This document shows positions 1 through 12,000 of a DNA stretch of 60,576 nt, piece by piece. Origin of the DNA: an uncultured virus (IMG/VR IMGVR_UViG_3300042937_001207) (Duplodnaviria > Heunggongvirae > Uroviricota > Caudoviricetes); the IMG/VR virus record IMGVR_UViG_3300042937_001207. The stretch is one strand, 5' to 3'. The notes under the pieces are model-generated. The model saw nothing but the letters and a program-made list of their open reading frames with translations, was not told where the DNA came from and ran no database searches. Within the stretch, counting starts at the first letter, position 1, and the number at the start of each line of letters is the position of its first letter. The position numbers and the translations under genes are program-made.

Positions 1-3000
1 AGAAAACAAAATCAAACTAACAATTTTATTGAAGACCTTCAGCCGCTTTCACTAGACGGAGCGTTCAAGACTGCAAAAAGAATCACAGACCTATCAAACG
101 GAAAGATAAACCTTTCGGAACTAGCGGGTGCTCTATATACACCAAACTTTTTTGATGGATGGATGAACCGTGACGGATTGTCGCAGACCTGGGAATCGTA
201 TCTAAAATTCGGCAAAAACTCAAGAACACATGCTGCCCTAAAAAAAATGACACCAGAAAAAAGGTCTCAATTTCTTGGAGTTGACACAGAGATTGCTGAC
301 ATGCTTGTTGCAAGAGCTCAAGAAGATTTCCTGTTATGGACTGATGACTCAGAAGCTTTTTCCGGTGATTTGGTAACCACACTAGAGGAATTGAAGTTGC
401 TAGCTAAGGACGATTCTCTTTTTGACAACCCGAACCCACATCCGAACTACCCACTCCAATGGGGAAATTCAATAGCAAAGTCAGTATCTCACCCGGTAGA
501 GCAATTTATTCATGCTCTATCCCTCAGAGATATGCAACTAAAAGAAATCTGGGAAAACTCTCATACAAATTCAACAAAACGTGCGATAGATGGGCTTCTT
601 GGAGAAAATCTAGAGGGTGCGCGAAGTACAGCATTCAAGATTGCTTCTTATTTACTACCAGGAACCCTGCTATCTGAAATAACGGATAACGAAGATGACG
701 AAATCCCCGCAACAGTCGTTGCCCTAAAGAGACAATTGAACAGATACGACCAAAAAGGCCGTTCCTTTATTGACTACGCCATAATGGCTGACGTTCAAGA
801 AAATAAAAATAAAAATAGCGTTCTTGAAAGAAATGAAAACCTTGTAAATGCTCTTGGAATAATAAGCACGGCTATTAGAACACTTGGCGCATATGGTGAC
901 GAAATAAACACAATCAATGGAAATATAAAAGATGTAAATAATTCCATCGCTTCAGAAATATCTGAAGAAAACGATGAATCTTTTGCAGAACTTGTTGAAA
1001 ACTACATGGATGCAGCCCCATTCGCATGGGGCCCAAGCGGAGCAATGGCAAGGCGCTCTGGCTCGGACTATCCAAGAGAAAAAAGACAGTCTGGAGCATG
1101 GAGCCCTCTTGCTAATTATGCGCAATCAAGCATGTATCTTGATTACAAAAATAGAAGAACAAGAAAAAACCTTGATATATCAAACTCGATAGATGCAAAT
1201 CAATCTGAAATATTTAACGAAATTTCAGAGCTAATGCTAACCCTTAGGGAGCGTGTTTCAAACAACTCACTAAGACTACTTGATTACGCAAAATCATATG
1301 ACCAAAAAACTGGAAATCTAGTTCTTGATTTCTACAACCCAAGAAAGCCTACTTCTGCCCTTGGTGATAGTCCCGGTCTATTAAAATCCATAACAATGCT
1401 ACTAGCCATAGCATCTAATAATGCCAGAAATAATAACGAGCGTTCTGAGGCTAGAAGCATTCTAAACGAACTTCTTGATTGGGCCGAAGTTTACTTGCCA
1501 CAGTATTCCAAAATTAGACCTAAAAATAATAATTCTCTTTCCGAGATGCTTTTAAACGGTCCAGTTGGAAAGCTTGGTGCAAAAGAAGCTTACGATGCGC
1601 TGGAAAACAAAAAATACAAAACACTTAAACAACGACTCCAGGCTTTTGACAATAAGTCCAAAGATATAGTTTTTGACTCAGTTGCAGACAAGAATCCAAG
1701 TTCCAAGCTCAGAGAGCTAGAAACAGAACTTGATGAAATAATCTCGGAAGGCTGGATGAACGAAAGAGTTCTGTCCAGCTTGTTTGAGTCAATTTCGGGT
1801 CACATGGACGATGTATTTGAAGAAGGAATTTCTGAAAGAACAAGAAATCGAATGCGTCCGGTATTTGATGGCTTTGCAAATGCAATGAAGTCCAAGTACA
1901 GCAAGGAATATTCAGAAGCTTTTGGAATGATAAATCTGGATTCAATCCAGAGAAAACGCCGTAGAGCAAATGTCCGGATGTCGCAGGAGACACCAGACTC
2001 TTCTCCTGTCGGCCGAATGGGAAGTGGTTACTCACCCCTAAGATTACCCATAGCAGAAACAAATAAGGATTCCCATTTAAGCGATGAGTTTAAAAAACGA
2101 TGGGCTGATATTGATAAGAGCAATCAGGACGCCGACGAGATACTGAGTTCCCAAAATCCAAAGTTTGAAAACTTTAAAGGCACCGAGCTAACCTTCAATT
2201 GGCAAAATGAAAACTCAAGGTTTTCATACATCAAAAAAGTAGATAAAAACAAGTTAGAGCCGAACTTCATCAAAAAACCAACAGGAGCTAATTTTGTTCC
2301 CACCTTCCAAAAAACCAAAGAATTGTACAGTTCTGGTTTGCTTGAAAAAATTGGCATATACGCAAATAAGCCTGAGGGGCATCCGTTTTTTGTAACTTTT
2401 CATGGTGATAAATTGGTTAAGTTTTCAAGCACCCCAAGCGATGCAAACGCAGATGCAAACTCAATAAAGCAAATCCTTGGGGCAATACACCCAGAATTGA
2501 ACCCAGAAACATTTGAAACAATTTATCAATCATGGATAAGAAACCCATACATAACGATTGCTGACGAAAATGGGAAAAACATTGGTGTTCGACTAGGTCT
2601 TGCTAACAATGATACAAAAATGAGAAACGAGCTACGCAAGCGTGTTCGTGATGTTTATGATTTTGTTTCAAGGTCGACTGGTGGAAAAATACCAAAAGCC
2701 CAGTACCCATTAGAAAAAGAAAATTCAGATGCAACTACCGCAGAATTCCCTTCAACAGCAAAAGCCCTGGCAAATGACTTCATTAGAAGAATACAGCCAT
2801 CGCTTCTTAATAGAGCGCATTCGGTTGATTCTCTGTCTAAACTTTTCAACCAAAATGCGGAAGAAATGGCAATGCCCGAATTACCAAGTCGGGAACAAAT
2901 GCAGAAATATTTACAAGATAATTTCCCTGAAGTACTGCAAAACTTAAAACCAGAATCATCACCATTAGATGGGGTTACTGACGATGAAGTTGCAGAAGCC

Positions 3001-6000
3001 GTTGAAGTAGTTTCGATGCTTAATGATGGAACTCGAGTTTTGAAGTTTGGAGAAATTAAAAAACTTCTCAGTACCAAAGAAAATGGATACGAGCTTTGGA
3101 CAGACGATGCTGTTGATGAGGTTATAAATACGGTTAATCGTTACACAGAGGTAGCTGGTGGTTCTCAATTAATAGATACATCTGCCGCTGGCAAGATGAG
3201 CTCTAGCCCTGAAAATCAGAGCCAAATTCTTAGAGATGAGTTTGAGGCAGCAAGAACTCTTCGCTCAATTCAAAGAGCACAGGACATGACGCCGGAGCAA
3301 GAAAATGAATTTAGAAAAATTCAATGGATGCGCCAGCAACTCGAAGAGATTGTTGAAGAAGATTGGGTTCGATTTGGACCATTTGTCTTAACAAATTCGT
3401 ATAGAGGCATTGCAGAAAAACAATCTGGAAACATGTCATTCCATCTAAGAACTCTGGGGGATAAAACGGTAAAGGCAATGTTTGATGAAATATCATCAAA
3501 ATTTCCAAATGCCGAAAATAAAGAGGCTGTAAAAAATTTTGAATCACAGATTAGGACAGCTCTATCAAAAGCTGCACGTGGTGACGAATTGACGCCGAAG
3601 TACCCAGAATCTTGGCCGCCAGAGCTAATTGAGTCAGACCTTAATGAAATACTCTCACCAAAAGAAATGGCCGCAGTTGCCAAAGTTGAAGACAGTCTTG
3701 ATAGAGAGACACTGCTTTCAATGCTTGGTGGAGAAATTGGAGAGAAAGACGAGACAAGAAAAGAAATACTTAGGATTGTAGGGTCTCTCCCAAAAGTCAG
3801 CGTTCCGGCAAGCAAGGGCTCCCGTGAGCTAATTTCTACTCCAGAGCAGATGGGCCAGAATATATTAATAGAGGCATTTGATGGCACTCCAAAATCAGTG
3901 CAAGATTTGGTTAATTCTTTTTCTGAACAGCAACTTGACGCATTCCGAAAATCAATACAGATTTCATCATATACAAAGGATAGTTTTGACAATCAAAATC
4001 TTCAAATTCAAAGAGCGTCACTCATAAGACAAACTTCTATTGCTGTTGCAAAACTCTCCCAAACAGAAGAGGGCAGAAATAAAATTAGGCAGCAATTGTC
4101 GGCATTTGCAAATGAGCTTCCAGATGGCTCTGATGAGCTGTTAAAAAAAATACAAAACAGCGAAATTCTGGAAGAAGATGTTTACGAGTCTCTTTCTAGA
4201 TATATCCCAGACTCTTCATCAACCCAACCCATAAGTGGCTTGTGGTTCACGTTGGCTGCACCATTATTTTCGGCAAACAACGAAACATCTTCGTCTTTAA
4301 AGGTATCTGAAACGAGCAAAAAAAATCAAGTCGATAGACTCTTCGCAGAAATAGCACTAGTTGAAGAACCTGCTGAAAAAATAAAAACACAACTACAAGA
4401 CTTCGTCGCATTGAATCCAGTTGATGGAATTGGTGCAAGAACTGTTATAACAGAAGCAACTCTTGCAGGAACAACACAAAGCGCTCTTGAAAAAAAACAA
4501 CTAGAGCTAATATCAAAATACGATGGGACATCTGAGTCTGCAAAAGAAATAATTGATTCTTTAACAGATGAACAAATTAAAAAACTTTGGGCAGGATATA
4601 TCTGGCCGACTATTTACAAGGTTAGTGGAACCGGTCCGGGCTCATTAATACGAAAGAAGAGTCAGAAAATTGCTGCTGAACGAACTCAGCAGATACTGAA
4701 CAGACTCGGAGAAAAGTTCAAAAAATCAGTTTATGGTTTGGGCGGTTTTGTTGACGCAGATGGATACTCTGCCGATGATGTAAACATGCTCATCTCTGAG
4801 GCGATAGACGCATCTTTTGGCACAAATATGTTGGAGAATTTAACTACAGAAGATAGAAGTGAGTATGTATCGCTTGTAGATTATTTCCTATCAGGTGGTA
4901 GGTCATTACTTGGGAAAGGCGAATACTCAGAAGCTGTAAGAAAAATCAACCTAGACAAAACACCTTCAGCTATAAAGCGCAGAAAAATACAGCAAATTGA
5001 TGAAGAGATTGCCCAAATCACCGATGGCGCTGGAGACAGGATGGACGATGCCGTCAGAGACCTGCTTGACCAGTACAGGAAAATGTCACCCGAAGAAATC
5101 GAGGCACGACGCCTTGAAGAAGAAGCATTTGAAGCAGAGCGGAGGAGAACACGGCCAGGAAAGTATCAGGTTGGCGGTGGGGATGATTACGAACCAGCTC
5201 CAGAAGATTGGGAAGATGATGGCGAATCAACATCTGCAGTTGGCTCAATGGCCAAGGCTCCAAATACACTCAACGAAAAAGCCAGAGCGCTTCTTGATGC
5301 TGCACTAAACCCCCACAGAAAACACGACGAGGAAGCAAGACTTGAATTTAACAACCTTCATGGAAATGTTTATGACGAACTTGCTTTACAGGGTGTTGAC
5401 ATACCGCTTGGATTTTCTTACGACAAAGCCGAAGATGTTTACATTGACCCAGAACTAGAAAAAATATATGTACGAGCACTAAATTTTTACGCAATTGAAA
5501 ACTACGACGATAGCGAATTTAGAAGACTCAAAAATGGAACACTTCTTTATGTGCCACAACGGTTAATTGGTGGAGAATCTTCAAGCACGGAACAAACAGC
5601 AACCACAGAAGAAGAATACGCTCCATATAACCCAGAAATGGACGAAGACGAATCGCTCAGACCATCAAACTTCAACCCTGAAAATAATGCAGTTGCAAAT
5701 GCCCTTGAGAATAGATACAACTCCTTCATAGGCGGCAACAACAATTATTTCACCAGAGACTGGTTTCATGAAAACGGTAGATATGGAACAGAAGCTGAAA
5801 AATTACTACAAAGCATAAATAACGAGCCTGGCCTTATTGATATGGACAAAGTTTTGATTTATGTCCAAAACCAAAGTGGGTGGATTGAGGGCGAAGACCT
5901 CGAGCAGTCAATTATTGCTGCTAAATCAATATCTTTACCTGTTGTACCAGATAGATACAGGTCCGGTGGTGATGGCTCTAGATTTGGGATGAGTTCTTTT

Positions 6001-9000
6001 GCTTCAGCAAGAAGACTTAGCTCATCAGAAAAATTAGAACTTGATAGACAAAAGAAAATTGCTCGCTCAAAAGCCAAATCAAGCAAAGCACTCAGGGATG
6101 GCTGGTTGAATGATATGACAACTGGTTCAATGCTCGATGAATCAGAAATCGGGCTCAGGGATGGCTATTACCCAGATGCTGTTATATCTGGAATAAAGAC
6201 AGCCTTGCGCGAAAATGGCCAAATAGATAATTTTGACTCAGTGATTAGGGCTGCAAGAAACGCCGCAACAACTCGCTCGCAATCAGAGTCAAGAGTAAAA
6301 GCATTGGCAAGAGTTATTGAAATTACACAAAATTCAGGTGACTTAATTTCTGAAATATACAATATTGACAATGCCATTAACGAGATTGAAGAATCCGAAG
6401 AAAGAACTTCGAGGCAATACCAGGAACGAATTCGTGCCCAGATTCTTTCAAGGGTTAGTGCTACTGCATCAATAATAAAAGCCAGAGATATGTTTATAGC
6501 TGGGCAAAAAGAAAAAATTAGCTCTGGGACAATCTCTCCAAGAGATTATTTAATTTCTATACAGCAATGGGACGCTGAGTATGGTCCGCAAATTCTTCAA
6601 ATGCAAGCTGAAATACAATCATTTTCCACCAAAGCAGAAGCAAGTAGTCGTGCCAGGCAAGATTTATTTGAGCAAAGAGACGAGCTACTTCGGAGGGCCG
6701 AAGAACTAAAAGCGCTAGTTGCTGACTCTGCTCAGTACATGGGTGTTCTCCTAGCTCAGAAAGCAATTAATGACTCAATGAAAAATCTCGCCAACAATGG
6801 CGGAGATGGTGTCATTGGCTCAGGACCTGCTGGGAATATGCGAAGAATCGGGTACACGTTTGGCGAATCTGGAGCAATAAATGGCTTTGATGACTATCTG
6901 AGAAACAACTCAAATATGTACACCCCATTCAATATACCAATGACCAAAAAAGAGAAAGCATTAAGCAATGTGATGCTCTCACAACTGCGTTCTGTAAACG
7001 GGATACAAACTGTTGACCTAATCGAAAATCGTGATAGTTCTTCAAGACAGAGAATCGAGGCTTTTACGCAAAGAGCTCAGACCTCCCCTGTGGGAGCTGT
7101 CAGGACATTGTCTAATCAGACACAGGACATGCCTTCGACCATCAAGAATGTCTTGCAAAATGAATATAATCGCTCAGTCGGTCAAATGCTTGCGTCAGAA
7201 AAAGATAACGACATCCGGAGTTTGATTAATGCTTCATATTCCTCATCTGGAATGCCGTCAAGAACATCGCAAATTCTTGAAGAAATGGACAAAGGCACGG
7301 ATATATATTCGCTAGCAAGAAAAAACAACATACCAATCACTGAGATTTTTTCAATAGCTGCAATAAGGGAGTCATTGTTGGCCAGCGTCAAATATGACAT
7401 TCAAAAACTCACCCTTAATCAGGTTGCTGATAAATATGGTTTTGACAAAACTCGACTTTCAAATGCAGCTGAATCATTTAAAAGAGCTGAAAAATTTAGG
7501 AAATCATACGCCCAAATGCAAAATAGGTTTAATGATTTAATTAAAAACAACACTCTTGCTGAATCGTATGCACTGCTGAACGAAGAATTCCCTGAAATGA
7601 CCAAAGTCAGAGGAATGGGTTCTGCCGGGAAGTTGATAGCCATTAATGATGAATTGATGGAAGAAGTAAAAACCAAAATAGCCAGAGCAATGCGACTTTT
7701 TGATGATTATCCAAACATGAGCGCTCGTGTTGCTTCTGCCCTTACTGGAATTCATCAAGATTCAGCAAAATCTATTTACATGGCAGTAATGAATGACGGG
7801 AATAGGCCTCCTCGCTCAAACAGAAACGCAAAACAGGTTTACTCTGCGCTTCCTGGGGACTGGGACTACATGACATACGGAGAAAGACAGGATTGGCTTT
7901 CCTCGGATGAAGCAAAAGAAAGAATGGGTGAACAGGCTAGAACTTTCGCTCTGCAACGTAATGCAGAAGACATAGAGTCATCTGGTTCTATGGATGGGCC
8001 ATATGGAGCAATGGCTTCAGCTCTGAAAAAAGCAAATCTTGATAAAAACATATACGGAACAAATTCAACCGACGAAAATGGTGTTAGCCCAATATTTGCC
8101 TGGAAAGGCATAAAAGACTCGGATTTGATTAGAACAGGATTTTTGTCAACATCAAAATTTGTTGAATCTTTCCCAAATCTTCAAAATGTTAGCGATGAAA
8201 ATCTTGCCGTGTTTTTGAATACTTCTCCAGCTATAGCAAAAAAACTTAGAAGTGGAAAGTTTAATCTTTCACTAAACGCTGCTAGAAAACTTTCTCACTC
8301 AATAGGCAAGAATCCAGAAAAAATATGGCCTGCATATACTGCGTCCGAGCAGGAAGTCGGTCCTGATGGAGACATACTTTGGATTGCGGGCAACTGGACA
8401 GAAATGAAACCGGTTTTTGAGTCAATCGAATCTGGCCAAAACGATTCCGAAATATCAAACGAGCTTGGACGACTAATTACACCCAAAATGGCTACTGCGA
8501 GAAAACTTGCAGAAAATGGAAAATTAGAAGAATTCTATAATCAAGTTGGCAAAAAAAATCCGAGCGTTGATGAAGCAGCGAAATTTATGTCTTCCAACCT
8601 TCCGGAATCAAGACGAGATACCGTAGCGTCTTTTGCAAGGGCTGGATACACAGAGTCAGAAATTGTTGACACGACTGGATTTAATCCAAATACCGTAAGA
8701 AACATATTGCATGAACTCAGGAAATCTGGGATAGCTCCGACTTCTGTCGGCTCGCAAGAATGGGTTGCAAAGAATAGAAAATCAATCCTTGAAGATATTG
8801 CATCTGGAATGTCAAAGAGGCAAGCAATGCGCAAATACGGTATAGGCGCAGCTGCATTGAATTCAATAATTCAGCCAACCGCAGAAAGTTCAGAACCTAG
8901 ACAGTCTTTTAGAAACGCATATGAAGCTATGTCTTCTGGTCCAGTTGGCGCCATGGCCAGCAGAAGAATATCAGAAGATGCTTCTCAAGCAAATGGTCCA

Positions 9001-12000
9001 ACTCCAGAATGGGACTCAGACAGTCCTGAGGTTAGAGTTTTCCTACCAGAAACACCTCCAGTCGTAGTTGGAAATCCATTTTATGGCCCGTATGAAGCAC
9101 GTCGCTTCTCTGATGGTGCGCAGAAAGACCAAGAAGCTTTGGCTAGGTGGTTCTCAGGGCTAGGAGATTTGCTTAAATACCACATTTCGGGCGGACAGCT
9201 TTACGAGGCAACAATCGGACCAGATGAAGACTCCCCGTCTGTCTTTCCAGAATTAGAAAATTCAAAAACTAAAAAAGTAAATGAAATGATTAATGAGGGA
9301 CAGTTCCCTGGATTAATCAGGTCAATGCGTCACATAATGCGCGAATCATACAATCAGATGCTTGTTGAGCAAGAAATTGCTGAAGATTTTGGACAAAATT
9401 CATACTCTGAAAGTGAAGATGACGCAATTGAATTTGAATCAGGATTTATTGATGCAGAGTCAATAATGTCAATTGATAGCCCTATAGCAAAAGACATACT
9501 TGCGGTTTATAGAGCGCTTGGGAGAAGCACATCTGGTTTTGTAAAAGGTGACTCAAAATGGATTAACGATGTTGTTCGTTTGATGTCTAGAGATTCAGAG
9601 CTTGAGCGAATTGGTCTTAACGAAGATTCCAAAAATAGAATAAACGATTGGATGAGAAGAGCCACAAGCAGAGAGTTCAAAGCTGCCCAGGCAATGTCAT
9701 CAATACACTCAATGATGATTGATGCTGTAAACGATATAAATCGAGCAATGTATCCAATCTCTCAATTCACGGATAGAACAGTCGCTGACGACCAGATGCT
9801 TGCATGGTATCTAGATAGAATTTTCAAAGCAATATACGACGAGTCGTCTGTTTCTAGTTTTGTACTTGAAGACATGTCTAGAGAAAAAGGTGCAGACTTT
9901 GTTCAACTTAATCCAGAACAAACCGAAAGATGGTACGACTCTGTCAAAGATTTGTCGGACACAATGGCTGCGCTTTTTGCAGACGCAATTGAATTTTCTT
10001 CAGTTAATTCAAAAATATCAGACGACTCATTTGACATGCTTTCGGTTGCACCGAGAAAAGCAGCAGATGGAAGATTCTCAATTTATGGCCCTGATATCGT
10101 TTACAGTGGGTTTGAAGATTCAAGACCCTATAACAAAAATGTTAAATGGTTTGCTCAACCTGGAGCAGAACAACAGGTTGAGTCATTGTATGAAATGTAT
10201 GAAAAATCACCAGATGTTTACTGGTGGCAAGATAGTAGTGGCAATATATCAACCGATGAGCCAATAACCACAAAAGACATTCTGTCAATGGATTCAGGAG
10301 AAGAATTTTCTAGGTACATCAAGATACTTACAGAATCTCTTTCTGCATCACCAGATGAAGATGCAGCAAATGTTCTTAGAAAACTATTCGGAGTGACTCT
10401 TTCTGATGGTGTTTCCTTAAACAAGGAAGAGTTGGCTCTTGCAAAAGCATACTCACAGCTAAACGGGTTTTTGCGTTCAGAGGTTGATGCTCTTAAGGAG
10501 AACAAAACTAGAGTCTCTGAAAATATGACCATGTCTTCATATTTCCCATGGGTGAACTGGTCAAATTCCTCCGACGCCTATCCAGTAATTTCTGGAGATA
10601 TCCAGTCAATGCTGACACCGAAACAAGCAGAACGTTTTGACAAGATAAATTCTTTTACAGAGGAAAAAGTAAATTCTCTTAACGACGACGCTCGTGCAAC
10701 ATACGCACGGTATCTTGAATCGCAAAAAAATACAACCGCTATTAATAACTTGCGAAGAACTCAGGGGACATTTAGCGAAGTAATGCGCCCGATAGACCGA
10801 GTTAATGAAGAAATAGCAAAGCTTAGAGAAAATCGTGAGTACTCTATAAAAGCAATAGAAATTCTTGGAGCGCTAAACGGTTTTGCACAAGAAATTGGAG
10901 CTGAAGAAATAGCCAACGACATTGATATTCTCACCATGAAAGTTATTAATGCTCTTGATACCAATGACAAAAATGCCGCATTTACAACGATAAGAGACTT
11001 TGCATCATCTGTAATATCGGACAAATTTGGTGAATATTTGAACTTTTTTGATTCAGCAATAAGCGTTGGTGACGCATTTGAAAAAGTTGCACAATTTATA
11101 AAAGCTGAAGACAAAAAAACAAGAAGAAACTCCTTGATGTCAAGGTATAAGCGAGAAGTTATTGATTCAATACCTGAGTCAGTTTTGTCCTCTTCAAGAA
11201 AGTCCAAAAATGTTAAAACATTTGATTCTTGGTTAAATGAAAATGGCTACGAAGATTTGACATATGAGTTTTATTCATCAGCTGACGATATACCAAAAAA
11301 TTTCTTTAGTGAGTCATCTCCGAATGAAGACAATAGAATTGTTCCACCCGGTGATGGCCCAGTTGGGAAAATGGCCTTAAATCGATACACAAAACCAAAT
11401 ATTCTTTCTGTTGTACATGCTCACGAAGAAGCAAAGCTTGGAAACTCAAGCGAAGTTACTATTCCTCACTTGCTGTTGGGTCTAGCAAGAGAAAATATTG
11501 GGAAAAAGTCTGTCAATCAAAGTATTGCAGGCAGAGTTCTCGCAAGACTCGGAATAAATGTAAACGAATTGCGTGATGCAATAAACAATACTGTAGCCAA
11601 AAGCTCAGATGAGAATTCAGACAAAGTTATTGCTTTGAGCTTTGGTGCAAGAAAAACAATGATTAACTCTGTTAAAGAAGCACTCAATCGTGGAGAGAAC
11701 ATAATTGACACAGAGCACTTAATCGCTTCTATTGCAAAAACAGACGACGGCAGAGATGACGGACTGTCAAGCATTCTGGAATCTCTTGGAACTAACAAGT
11801 CTGAGCTTTTGGCCGAGAGTATTTCAACTATGAAGCGATTCTCGATGGGTTCATTCCCGAACGAGCGTGGTCCTGTTGGAAAAATGGGAGTTGCTAGAGA
11901 GCAGATTCTTCAAAAAGATAGAGAAATTGAAGCACTTAGGGCAGAAGTTAATTCGTCAAACCTTTGGTTCAATAGAGATAGAAATCCAGGAATTAGAAAC

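Noticed and set aside
10420..10480. AYSQLNGFLR resembling the Y..IN..LR motif of ADP-ribosyltransferases
   Set aside because: No downstream R, STS or ExE catalytic motifs could be identified.
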